Source of the DNA: Hypanus sabinus
Taxonomy: Eukaryota
DNA: 64,000 bases
Reading direction: 5' to 3'
Assembly (NCBI RefSeq): GCF_030144855.1
Contig: NC_082709.1
Span: 150,784,001-150,848,000 of the forward strand
Below are positions 38,555-51,700 of this stretch, piece after piece. The notes beneath the pieces are model-generated. The model did not search any database. It was not told the origin of the DNA and was given only the letters and a program-made list of their open reading frames with translations. Made by a program: the position numbers and the translations under genes. Each line of letters begins with the position of its first letter. Position 1 is the first letter of the stretch.

Positions 38555-40269
38555 TAAGAGGATGCGGTGGCTTTTATATATATTGTTCATTCACCAGTTC
38601 CTGCATTTTAAAATTGATAATGTATGCCTCTCGTAACCCCAGTCTTGCTACGTTAAAATTACATATTTTTACTTTAAAGGGATTCAGTCTGCTTATGGAC
38701 GCTTTGGTCCAATGAGGAAATGTGGATAATATTTGGAAAAGCATGAAAGGTGAAAAAAAGAGAAAGCAAAGCTGAGACACCTTTGGCAGAATCAACTGAA
38801 AATCCATACGTTTTTGGGTAACATTTGTGTAACTGTTCAACTCTCTGGATGAGGTGCATTAATTGTCCACACCTTGCTTTTGTACTTGTAAATTTTTGAT
38901 GTTCTCAATTATGGCACATCTGGATGTAGATGAAATTATTTCACTCAGCCATTAAACCTATGCTGTAACATAGAGTAGGAACACTTTGCTAAATACACAA
39001 ACAGTTTTCTACATGTACTTTGACGTGATAATATCATAACACACGGAAAAGTTAGAGAAATGCACAAAGTTGTCAAATTGTTATTTGGGAATTGACTCTT
39101 GAAGAATGGTCAACAGTTTCAGATTTTGGTAATATCTAATCGGAAGTGATAGTCCATTTATTATTTCTAATTATTTTTTCGGTAAAGGCAAATAGTATTT
39201 TTTCCCTGACACACATTCCTTTTATCTTTCACTTGTTGATATCTCTTAAGAGAAGAGCTTAAAGAATTACACACTTTAACCTGGTCTGTAACCATAGGCC
39301 ACTTCAGTCTGGACGGTGGATTTGACAAATGCTTTCCACCTGTTAATGAAAGGAATGTTGAGTTAAATTTATGACAGCACTGTCTCAACTAACAAAGCTA
39401 TACAAAGTATTTAATATATGTTTCTTTGACTTAAAACAAATCAAAGCTTTATTAGAGAAAAGTTACAAACTTTTGAACTACTGCTGATAAAGTCAAAGAT
39501 CAAACTGTTAAATAAAGTTTAACATCTGAGTTTTTAGGGCTCTCGGTATCTTTTATAAATATAGAAAAATTAATAGGTGTGCTGTGAGGTATAGTTTTAT
39601 GACTTCATTGAGTCTGACTCCCCCAATATCATTCTTTCCAACCCCATTTGATCTTTGTCATGCCATATTGAATTAATACTAACAGTATGGTTTTTCTGAC
39701 ATATAGTACTTAATTAAAATTCTCTTTTAACTTTGCTACCAGATTTCATAACTGAACCATACGAATGTGATCAACTCTTGTCGCTGTAAGGGTGCTTTGA
39801 GGCTGGACGATCTCAATCCACTGCTATTAGTCAGTTTCACAAAAGTGTGAGCATGGCATAATGTTGCATGGTGTTGAAATCTGAATGAAATGACTGCTGA
39901 AATCAAGATTCAGATGACTTTAATTAATGACTTCTACTTATTAAATGGATATTAGTTGACAAAACTCAAATAAGAATTCCTGAAACATGAGGAGAGAAGT
40001 CAAAAAAAGAAACTTTCAAGTGCTTGAAACTTAAAGAAGAGACAAAATGCTGGAAGAACTCAATGTCTCAGGCAAGGATCTTGGCCAACAAAATGGGGCA
40101 GAGGCAAGTCAGTAGAGAACAATTCAACATCCTATCAGGCTCAGAATTCATTAATGATACAAAGTTAGAGCCTCTGCTGCGGACTGATTGCTCAGAGTCA
40201 GAGAAGAGGAGATTAAAGGCAATGATGAAAACTAGGTGATATGCATCAGCTGCCCATTTGCTTCTTCCC

Positions 40270-40810
40270 TTTCTAAACAGCCATTCCATGTGAAGCAAAG
40301 ATTCACTTACCCTTCTTCCAATCTTGGGCACTGCATTTGGTGTTCATAATGTGGACTCTCCTCAGCACTGGAGAAACTAAATGCACATTGGGTGATCACG
40401 TTTTGTGCACCAGTGCTCAGTTCCACCCCCATCCTGACCTACCTATCTCTGGTTTCATCTTCTGTTATAAGATCTGACATAAACTAAAAGAGCACCAGCC
40501 TCTCCCACTTAGGTACTTTGCATCTTTCTGGAATGAGCATTAAATTCCCAACTTTAGGTAAACTGCTCTCATCTTTTCCCATGATCATACTTACGTCCCT
40601 CACTCAGCGTTGACCTAAAATGCTCTGCTAACTGCCCTTACACATCTTCCTGATCAGTATTAATCAATGCCAATTTTTTTTGCCTTATCCGTTCCCCTCC
40701 CACCACACTCCACCCTCTTCCCTCCCTCCCCCACCAATCCGATGTAAAGTTATTGACCTGAAATGCTTCTCTTCCACAGATGCTGTTTGACTAGCTGACT
40801 TCTGTTCTGA
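40270..40810 (+). mobile_element. Old Penelope-like 3' remnant
   Basis: Degenerate GIY-YIG region (YCIWCS.CGL...GETKCTLGDH), pyrimidine-rich UTR, terminal cagatgctgtttgactagctga. Confidence 0.55.
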
Positions 40811-42452
40811 CTCCAACATTTATTTAATTGAGGCATCCTTGGAGAGATCTCTGCATGTCAATTGAAATGACCATGCTTCAGGTTTCCTTATCCCATCGCA
40901 GAAAACATACTTTAAAATTCTCACTGAAGCAAGGCAGTCCCGTTGCTACACTCTACTAACTATTTACAATTCAAGTGTTGAAAGGTAGATTGATGCTGCT
41001 TCTTAAAGCAATGAATTAAAGGGCATTATCTACAAGTTGTCACAATGCTTGCTTAACTTTTGTTAAGAAGTCAGGTGTCATTTCAATTTTCACTCTGCCA
41101 TAGCATTAAGCATCCATGGGACATGTATCAGGACTTAAGCCTCCACTTACCCAAGAAATTACTTCAAAGTTACTCTGTGAATCTTCTGTCTTAAATGCGA
41201 TTCTAGCCTTGATAGTCATAATTCTATGTTTATATCCTGCTCACTTATTATTTCATATCCAACATTCTTCCAGCTATGACTTCAAATTCAACTTCTTCTA
41301 GCTATTATTCCAAACACAATCCTTTCCCTTCATGACTCCATCCGCAATTCTTTTCTTGGTGTACCATATACATTTTGTAGTTTTCCATTATTCTGTGTGA
41401 AATTACCAAATCAGTCTCATAATAAATTTAAGAATTTTAAGTTATTTTCTCACAGTTTGCATAATTCTTGTATGGCTGTGAAATTCTGAGGAGGTAAATT
41501 ATGAAGCAGGTGGAAGAAAGGACACAGTCAGGAATGAAGGATATGCATAACGATATCATTTCATGTGTAAGCTGTAAAATCTAATATGGCTACCATATGC
41601 GCACAGGTGCAGCATACAATTTTAATGTGGGAAAACAAAATAAAATATAGAAAAGGGCCTAAGCTTTAACGTCAACACGGCTTAATGTTGGTGAAATGGG
41701 CTTTAACCTTTTTGACCTCCTAAATCTTGAGACTTAACTTTTTAAAAACTGCAGCAAGAAATTGTGACTTCAGTAATCGTCCTGCAGCTGGTATAAAGCA
41801 CCCTAACAGTGCTCAGCTTTTCTTACGCATGGGCTCAATAAAGGACACCGGCTGAAGGGACAATATTGGAGGCCTCTGCTAACACTCTGCAGCTCCCTCC
41901 AATAACACCAAGGTCACAGTCCCACCAGAAACAAAACTACACCCCCTCAGCACAAGCCCAGATTGGTTGTCTTTGAAAATATTAAAGTAGACCAGCAGTT
42001 ATATATACCTTATTCAATGGATGCCTTGAGTATTTATAGTGCAACAGAGGATTAATATCTGGTGCATGAGTCTTTAGGTACTGTGTTCTGGCATTGACCC
42101 ATAATAGAGACAAAGACATTTGACAGCCAGCATCAAGCATGATATTTATTCAGTGCCACAATTGGTATTTTAAAATATGCCAGGCATGGCTTCATTTTGA
42201 ACAAAGGTAAATGAATTTGGATTTATTCAAAGACCTTTCTTGCATCACAAGATCAGAAATTACGATGAGGCATCATCAGCGAGCAATGCTTAGAACAGTT
42301 CGATTTGCAACTCATTTAAATGGTGGAGTTCACATTTGAATACAAAACGACTGAGATAATATTTAGGCCTAGGCTGAGGAACTGCAATAACATTCATGCC
42401 ACACAGTGCCAGGAAATGACCAATAAGAGAAAGTCTAACCACCTATAGTTGG

Positions 42453-42875
42453 TTGGCCATTGCATCCAACAATGAGCTGTGTGGAGGGTTGTTAAAGTGG
42501 AAAACCCATTGCACTGGGACAGTTCCAGTGGTACAAGTAGTTGTCACAAACTGGGGTCTTCCTTGGTTGCAATGGATGACCACGACTTCTTCTGTGCCTT
42601 ATCACGGCTTTCGCTCTCCACGAAGCCTTCCTGGCCATTGGATTTTATTGTTGATCTCATCTGCCCAGTCCACCGGAGCTGAGCTCACTTGCTAGGACAG
42701 GCATGTCCCTATGTCACTAGGGTACGAGGCCCGCCTGCTACCCTCACCCGGTTTAGCCCGCTTGTCAAAGCGGTGTACCAGGATGTGGCCACTGTCAAAT
42801 TCAAACGGCTACTTCAAGTGACAGGCAAGAGCTGAGTGTCCAATGGGGCCCCAAAGGTGAGTGAGCTGCCCTGGC
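42453..42875. mobile_element. GC-richer interspersed repeat, possibly RTE-related, inserted in an old LINE fragment
   Basis: Abrupt composition shift. Contains ctcacccggtttagcccgcttgtcaaag, resembling RTE 5' regions. The flanks read as one continuous old LINE RT tail. Confidence 0.35.
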
Positions 42876-43004
42876 TCCTCACCAGAGAGAGAACCTCATA
42901 CACCCGTAACTACCTACTCTGAATATTTAAAAGTATCACTATTGCTGAGCCCACCACCATCAATATGCACACAATCACGATTGATCAAAATATGTAAGAG
43001 CTGC

Positions 43005-43215
43005 TCGGTAATATAGCAGTTAAAGTAACTCTACTACAGCGCCATCAATCCGAGTTCAATTTTGTCACTGTCTGTACAGAGTTTACCATGTGGGTTTCCT
43101 CCAGGTGTCCTGGTTTCCTCCCACATTCCAAAGATGTATATGTTCGTTGGTTCATTATTAATTAGGTGGCATGGGCTTACTGGGCCTGTTACAGTGCAGT
43201 ATCTCTAAAAAAAAG
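43005..43215 (+). mobile_element. V-SINE
   Basis: tRNA-like head (gagttcaatt) plus gtgggtttcctccaggtgtcctggtttcctcccacattccaaaga; A-rich tail. Confidence 0.75.
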
Positions 43216-43879
43216 TGAACATATTCATTCTGTGTATATAAGAATAGATTGAAGACTGAATTTCCTGCGGCAAGATACTGCAAAGTTTCTGCACCATCTA
43301 AGATGTGAAAGACAAGAGTGTGATAGAATAATCTGCACTTGGTTCAATGAACGTTGTTCCAATAACTGTTCACAACAAAACAGCCACTTGACTGGCACTA
43401 GATTCTTCATACTTCCGCCATCAATCGAAAGTGTGTATTGAGTAAACAAACAAAAGATTTACACTATTATTGGGAAGAAGGCCAGCTACATTGCCACGGG
43501 AAGAGAGCCACTATAGAGAGGTTTAGGATCTAAAGATAAGGATGCTGATCTTTACAGGATGTGTGTATAATTTGGAGTTGGGAGAGAAACAAAATTGTCA
43601 GTACTTGGTGAGAATTAGGAAGAGAGTTTCAAATAGCTGAAGGACGTAATGCATCAAAAAAGAGATCAGGTATGCGGGGACTCAACAAGCCATCCACCTT
43701 TTGTCTGCCTTTAGGCTGCAATGCATTGCTCTGAGCTACATTGGCATTCCCCATTTTAGTGACCATCGTGTATCCAAAGTGTATTTACGGAGTTCTCTCC
43801 ACATCTGTATGTGTTAAGATTTTGATCCTATTAATGTTCTTGCCAACAGGTTGGGGTACTGCTTCGTCGAGCCCTTCTG

Positions 43880-44435
43880 CTTCATCCATCAAAAGCGAAA
43901 CTTCCCAGTGGCCCAACATTTTAACTCCCATTCCCATCCTGTTCTGACATGTTGTTCTATGGCCTCCTTTTCTGCAAAAATGAGGCCACCCTCAGGGTGA
44001 AGGAGCAACACCTTATATTCCAGCTGAGGCTTCCAACCCAATGGCATGAATATTGATTTCCCCCTCTGTTTAAAAAAAATCCCTCTTCCTCTCCTCTTCT
44101 TCTTTTCCTCACTCTGGCCTCTTACCTCCTCTCAACTGCCTATCACCTCACCCTCATTTCCCCCTCCACCCAGTCCTTGCCTTTCTCCTATGGTCCACTC
44201 TCCTTTCCAATTAGATTCCTTCCTCTCCAGCCCTTTACCTTTCCCACCCACCTAGCTCCATCTATCACTTTCTAGATATCCTTCTTTCCCTTCTCCACAC
44301 TTTTTTATTCTGGCATCTTCCCCCTTCCTTTCCAGTTCTGAAGAAGGTTCTCAGCTCAAAACATCGACTGCTTGCTCACCTCCACCGATGCTGCCTGACT
44401 TGCTGAGTTCCTCCAGCATTTTGTGTTTGTTGTTT
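43880..44435 (+). mobile_element. Penelope-like element 3' fragment
   Basis: GIY-YIG C-terminal remnant (VAQHFN, EQHLIF, GMNIDF), CT-rich UTR, decayed hammerhead-like motif and gatgctgcctgacttgctgagttcctccagca end. Confidence 0.8.
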
Positions 44436-44949
44436 TAAATGTGTCATCTTACAAATAAACATTTCTTTTTGATCTTATATTTGCCATGTCTCAATGCATC
44501 CTGATGATATGACAATTACCTCCTTTCAATGCCCTTAGGCAATGTTACACAAGAGGTAGTTTAACTTTGGGATAAGCAGAACTTCCTTCCTCTGTCTTGC
44601 TCCATCCAGCACATATTGCAACTCCATCCAAGAACTTAGAACTTCTCCACTCTTAAGAATACTTAACTGATGCTGTGCTTCCAAGCAGAGTGATAGTCCT
44701 TTAGGTTATTTCAGGACTTTAAATCTTGAGTTGAATTCTACTTTTCTCTCCCCTTCTTATCTGGTAAGTTTCCAGCTGGTGGCATCCCTAATTAAATTCA
44801 ACACAACAAGGGAGTGGGAAGAACAGGTTCAAATAACACAGTAACCTAATTCTGCATGGGATTTCCTCAAATGAGGACCAGCAACCCCCTCACTGTAATT
44901 GTAGGTTGCAGTTATGATAAATATTCATATTTCATCAAGACTAATAAAT

Positions 44950-45925
44950 CATCTTCGTGATTTTTATAAATAACCTGGATGAGGAAGTGGAGGGATGAGT
45001 TAGTAATTTTGCTGATGGCACAAAGGTTGGGAGTGTTGTGGATAGCATAGAGGGCGGTCAGAGGTTACAGAGGGAAATTGATAAGATGCAAAACTGGGCT
45101 GAGAAGTGGCAGATGGAGTTCAACCCAGATAAGTGTGAAGTGGTTCATTTTGGTAGGTCAAATATGATGACAGAACATAGTATTAATGGTAAGACTCTTG
45201 GCAGTGTGGAGGATCAGAAGGATCTTGGGGTCCGAGTCCATAGGACGCTCAAAGCAGCTGTGCAGATTGACTCTGTGGTTAAGAAGGCATATGGTGCATT
45301 GGCCTTCATCAATTGTGGACTTGAATTTAGGAGTTGAGAGGTAATGTTACAGCTGTATAAGACCCTGGTCAGACCCCACTTGGAGTACTGTGCTCAGTTC
45401 TGGTTGCCTCACTACAGGAAGGATGTGGAAACCATAGAAAGGATGCAGAGGAGATTTACAAGGATGTTACCTGGATTGGGGAGCATGCCTAATGAGAATA
45501 GGTTGAGTGAACTCGGCCTTTCCTCCTTGGAGTGACGGAGGATGAGAGGTGACCTGATAGAGGTGTACAAGATAATGAGAGGCATTGATCATGTGGATCA
45601 TGTAGTCAGAGGCTTTTTCCCAGGGCTGAAATGGTTGCCACAAGAGGACACAGGTGTAAGGTGCTGGGGAGTAGGTACAGAGGAGATGTCAGGGGTAAGT
45701 TTTTTACGCAGAGAGTGGTGAGTGCATGGAATGGGCTGCCGGCAATGGTTATGGAGATGGATATGATAGGGTCTTTTAAAAGGCTTTTGGATAGGTACAT
45801 GGAGCTTAGTAAAATAGAGGGCTATAGGTAAGCCTAGTAATTCTAAGGTAGAGACATGTTCGGCACAACTTTGTGGGCCGAAGGGCCTGTATTGTGCTGT
45901 AGGTTTTCTATGCTTTTATGTTTCT
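44950..45925 (+). mobile_element. Young CR1 LINE 3' ~1 kb
   Basis: WAEKWQMEFNPDKCEV, LVRPHLEYCAQFW, TRGH, FFTQRVVSAWNGLP; tail ttctatgcttttatgtttc. Confidence 0.95.
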
Positions 45926-46989
45926 TTATCTTACAGAGTTTATTTAGTATCTCTGGGTCGTCTCGTGCACTCATCATAATGATAGGAATTATTGAAGTGT
46001 AGGTCTATTTTTTGTGCAGTTGTGCTTTTTGTCAGTCTACTAGTAGAAATATTGTATACGTATATTTATTTCACTGTTTTCCTTTAGATTTCTTTTCCAA
46101 GCTTAAGAAACAGGATGAACAGAACAGTGCCATTGATGCCACACTGCATTTTACCGTTGCAAGAGTTTAGCATAAAATGGTTGTTTTGATGTAAGCTATG
46201 GTCACATTGCTTCAACTTCATAATAAAGGTGAAAGCTATCTTCCTGACAAGTGTATTTTGTCAAGATTCTTGTCTAACATGATGATTTACAATAGTTGAA
46301 TAGCTTCCTTGATCGCTGGGTTTATATAAAAGCTTACATTGTACTCCGACTACCTTCTGACCTCAATGAAAAAATATTAATCACATTATTTTTGTGCAGC
46401 AGTTACTGCTGTAACATTCCCAAGCATTTAAAAGGTAATATATAAGATTGTGCTTACAAATTACCTCATACAGTTTAATATTCCCTTGTACTTTAGTCTT
46501 GTAAAGTTCCCTTTTAGCACGTTCACTCCTGGAAATGAATTAACAATCATTGTTGTAGTAAACAGTGCACATTTTAAAGCTGCAAAGGGCATGGGGTATT
46601 GCTAGGTTTGAACTTGAATTTCATTCCTGGAATGTCACATACTTCAAGGAGTAACCCCAGCAGCTGCATCGGTAGGCCTATTGGACTCCCAACTCTGAAG
46701 ATCATGCATTTGAATTCCAGTCAAGGTTGACATTTGAACTCAGTCAAGACAATGTCATTGAGTTTTTTTTAACTGGTTATTGAGAGCTTGCCATGATGAA
46801 ATAAACAAAGATGATCAGGAAATTCTCCTACCCTCAGAAATGGATAGTAGGAACCAGTTACCATATCTAATTCACATACATGCAAAATTCAGTAGATGGA
46901 CCATTCATGTTCAAACTCAACAAATAAATTGTGATGGTGTGAATAAAGAGTGCATCTAATAAACTGATTGATAAACCGTACATCCATCA

Positions 46990-47520
46990 TAACAGTTTGG
47001 GGCTCCTCAGCTAAGAAAAGATGTGCTGGCTTTAGAGGGAGGTCAGAGGAGGTTCACAAGGCTGATCCCTGGAATGAAAGGGTTTTCATACGAAGAATGT
47101 TTGATGGCTCTGGGTCTGTACTCGCTGAAATTTTGAAGGACGAGGGGGGATCTCATTGAAATCTTTCAAACGTTGAAAGGCCTAGACAGAGTAGATGTGC
47201 AAAGGATGTTTCCTATGGTGGGGCAGTCGAGGACAAGAGGGCACAGCCTCAGGATAGAGGAGTGTCCATTTCAAACAGAGATGTGGAGAAATTTCTTTAG
47301 CCAGAATATCTTACCACATGCGTTATGGAGGCCAAGTCATTAGGTGTATTTAAGGCAGAGCTTGACAGCTTCTTGACTGGACATGGCATCAAAGGCTATG
47401 GGGAGAAGGCCGGGAAATAGGTTTGAGGAGGGGAAAAAGGGATCAGCCATGATTGAATGGTGGAGCAGACTTGATGGGCCAAATGGCCTAATTCTACTCC
47501 TACATCTTATGGTCTTTATA
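46990..47520 (+). mobile_element. CR1 LINE 3' fragment (same subfamily as 13020-14725)
   Basis: cagtttggggctcctcagctaagaaaagatgtgctgg...aggacaagagggcacagcctcagg...ggcctaattctactcctacatcttatggtctt. Confidence 0.88.
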
Positions 47521-48724
47521 AACTAGAATAAATGAGGTACAGACCGTTGTGTATGTTACTAACTGCCTCCTGTTGAAGAATTTAAACAGTCTCTGACCAG
47601 TGGTGGGGGGGGGGGATGGGGGAAGCTCTGAAATTAATAGAAAATACTTCTTGAAAAAATGATGCAAATTTATTGTGAACAAATGATATTGCAATGTGTC
47701 TGAATGTCAAGGATTTTATCGTATCTTGTCCAAACAACCAAACAAATAATAGTTTCGTCTATATTTCTTATTCATTTCAATATGAGCCTTCTGCTTAGAA
47801 TTGAGCAACTGTCCCCATGCTTTTCCCACGAGGACAAAGAGGCGGTCAAAGTTAAAAATCTGATGTGAAACAAAATCTGTAGATGATTTTTTTCCCCTTA
47901 GGCCCTATAACCAATTCCAGCAGGAACTGATAGTCAAAACTCTGCAAGATTTGAGAAATTTATCCTTTTCTCAAGTGTATTCGCATTCACTTACATACTG
48001 TATCAATAATTCTAAATTCTATATTGAATTAAGGCAAATACCCATGCCTGGAAATCCAGCTCTATTCAATTACGTTAACTATATTTAACAATTGCATTGG
48101 CACCTTGCAAACCTCCCCCCCCCCCCAACTCCAAAATTCACTAAATTGAAGTAAATGATGTGAATTTGGGTGGTAGAGCTAAGCTAGTGTGACTATGTTT
48201 TTCACTACCAGCTGGATGCATATCAGAGAGCGCTGTTCAAGAAGCTGTTAATTAGTTCAGCACAACATTGTGGGCCAAATGGCATCTTCCTGTCTGTACC
48301 GTTCTATGTTCTAACAACGCCTGCCATATTTAAGAGCAACAACTTGTTACAATTTAAGGAATACAGTTGAAGTTATGATGAGCTACCTGATTTTAATATT
48401 ATTTTAAATTCATTAAAATAAATGTTAAGGAAAATAATACAAAATAAAGAGTTGGGTATTTAGTTGGTTTGCTTAGTAACAGAGTCCTAAGATGATGCAG
48501 CAAGGAAGAGAGTCCTTTCGTCTTCAGTGTTCACACCATCAAACATCCTTTTTTAAATAAATTCTACCAAAGCCCATTTTCTTTTCTCACTTTCCCATCC
48601 CCACACCTGATGTTAATCTTTCAAAAACATCAAAAATATTCCTGTTGATGTTCTGGAGCCCAAGGGAATAAATATAATTTTCAGAGGCTCTTTGATGGCC
48701 TACAAATTGTGCAATTACTAAAGT

Positions 48725-51700
48725 TTAAAGATCAAAGTAAATTTATTATCAAAGTACAGATATGTCACCATGTACAACCATGAGATTCATTTTCTTTAGG
48801 CATACTCAATAAAGCTATAATAGAATAATAACCATAATAGAATCAATGAAAGACTGGACCAACTTGGTGTTCAGTGTGCAAAAGACAACAAATTATGTAA
48901 ATACAAAAAGAAAATAAATAAATAAATAAACAATAAATATTGAGAACATGAGGTGAAGACTACTCGAAACTGAGTTCATAGGTTGTGGGAACATTTCAAT
49001 GGTGAAGTGAAGTTGAGTGAAATTATCCCCTTTGGTTCAAGAGTCAGATGGTTTGAGGAGTAATAACTATTTCTGAACCTGGAGGGGTGAGTACTGAGGT
49101 CCCTGTACCTTCTTCCTGGTGGCAGCAGTGCATAGAGAGCATGTCCCTGATGATAGATGCTGCTTTCCTGCAATAGCAATTCATGTAGACGTGCTCAATG
49201 TAGGGGAGGGGTTTACCGATGATAGACTGGGCCACTGCTTTTTGTAGGATTTTTGTTCAAGGACATTGGTGTTTCTATACCAGGCTGTGTTGCAGCCAGT
49301 CAATGTACTCTCCACTACTCATCTATAGAAGTCAGTCAAAATTATAGATGAACTGCCAGACCTTCGCAAACTCCTAATGAAGCAGAGGTGCTGCCCTGTT
49401 CTCTTCATAATTACACTTACATGCTGGACCCAGGACAGGCCCTTAGAAATAATAATACAAAGGAATTTAAAGTTGCTGACCCACTCCACCTCTGATATTC
49501 CAATGAGGACTGGCTAATGGACCTCTGGTTTCCTCCTTCTGAAGTCTACAGTCAGCTCCTTGATCTTGCTGACATTGAGTAAAAGGTTGTTGTTTTGACA
49601 CCACTCAGCCAGATTTTTAATCACTTTCCTGAATGCTGATTTATTACCACCTTTGATTCTGCTTATAACATAGACATAGAAATATAAAAACCTACAGCAC
49701 AATACAGGCTCTTCGGCTCACAAAGCTGTGCCCAACATTTCCTTACCTTAGAGATACCTAGGCTTACCCATAGCCCTCTATTTTTCTAAGCTCCATGTAT
49801 ATATCCAGGAGTCTCTTAAAAGACCGTATTGTTTCCACCTCCACCACCACCGCCAGCAGCCCATTCCATGCACTCACCACTCTCTGTGTAAAAAACTTAC
49901 CCCTAACATCTCCTCTGTACCTACTCCCCAGCACCTTAAACCTATGTCCTCTTGTGGCAACCATTTCAGCCCTGGAAAAAAGCCTCTGACTATCCCCACG
50001 ATCAATGCCTCTCATTATCTTGTACACCTCTATCAGGTCACCTCTCATCCTCCGTCGCTCCAAGGAGAAAAGGCCAAGTTCACTCAGCCTATTCTCATAA
50101 GGCATGCTCCCCAATCCCGGCAACATCGTTGTAAATCTCCTCTGCACCCTTTCTATGGTTTCCACGTCCTTCCTGTACTGAGGCGACCAGAACTGAGCAT
50201 TGTACCCCAAGTGGGGTCTGACCAGGGTCCTACATAGCTGCAACATTACCTTTCAGCTCTTAAACTCAATCCCACAATTGATGAAGGCCTTAACCACAGA
50301 GTCAACCTGTGTAGCAACTTTGAGTGTCTTATGGACTCGGACTCCATGATCCTTCTGATCCTCCACACTGCCAAGAGTCTTACCATTAATACTATACTCT
50401 GCCATCATATTTGACCTACCAAAATTAACCACCTCACACTTTTCTGGGTTGAACTCCATCTGTCACTTCTCAGCCCAGTTTTGCATCCTATCAATTTCTC
50501 TCTGTAACCTCTGACAGCCCTCCACAGTAACCACAATACCCCCAACCTTTGTGTCATCAGCAGATTTACTAACCCATCCCTCCACTTCCTCATCCAGGTC
50601 ATTTATAAAAATCACAAAGAGTAAGGGTCCCAGAACAGATCTCCGAGGCACACTGCTGGTCACCAGTCTCCATGCAGAATCCGACCCATCTACAACCACT
50701 CTTTGTCTTCTGTGGGCAAGCCAGTCCTGGATCCACAAAGCAATATCCCCTTGGATCCCATGCCACCTTACTTTCTCAATAAGTCTTGCATGGGGTACCT
50801 TATCAAATGCCTTGCTGAAATCCATATACACTACATCTACAGCTCTACCTTCATCAATGTGTTTAGTCACATCCTCAAAATATTCAATCAGGCTCATAAG
50901 GTACAACCTGCACTAGACAAAGCCATGCTGACTTTGGTGTCATGGTGCCATGGTGTCATCAGCAAACTTGAATATGACATTGGAGTTGTACTTGTCACAT
51001 AGTCGTAAGTGTTAAGCAAGTAGAGCAGGGGGCTAAGCACACAGCCTTGTTGTGCACAGGTGCTGTTGCTAATCCCAACTGACTGGGCTCTGCAAGTGAG
51101 ATAATCACAGATACAATTGCACAAGGAGGCACTGAGGCCAAGTTCTTGAAGCTTAGTGATTAGTTTTGAGGAGGTGATTGAATATTGAGTGGTATTTGAT
51201 GAAGAACATCTTGAAGTATGCATCTTTGCTGTCTAGATGTTCCAGGTTGAATGAAGTACCAGTGAGATGGCATCTGCTGTAGATCTGTTTCTCCTGTAGG
51301 CAAATTGGAGTGGCTCCAAGTTGCTTCCCATGCAGGAGTTTATATTTTTCATCACTGATCTCTCAAAACACTAATCACTGTGAATGTAATAATTGCTATT
51401 AGATGATAGTCATTGAGGCAGGTTACCACATTTTTCTTAGGCACCAGTAGAATTGAAGTCTGCTTAAAACAGGTGGGTACTTCAGACAGCTGAAGCGAGA
51501 GATTAAAGATCTCAGTGAACACATCAGCCAGTTGATCAGCACAGGATTTTGGTACTTGGTCAGGATTGGGTAGGATGCTTTTCACTCCAGAAGGTTGCTC
51601 TCGCATCGGCCTCAGAGACTGAAATCACATGATTATCAGGGTTTGTGGGAGTTTGCAATGTTTTGACAGTCAAAGTGAGCATAAAAGGCATTGAGCTCAC

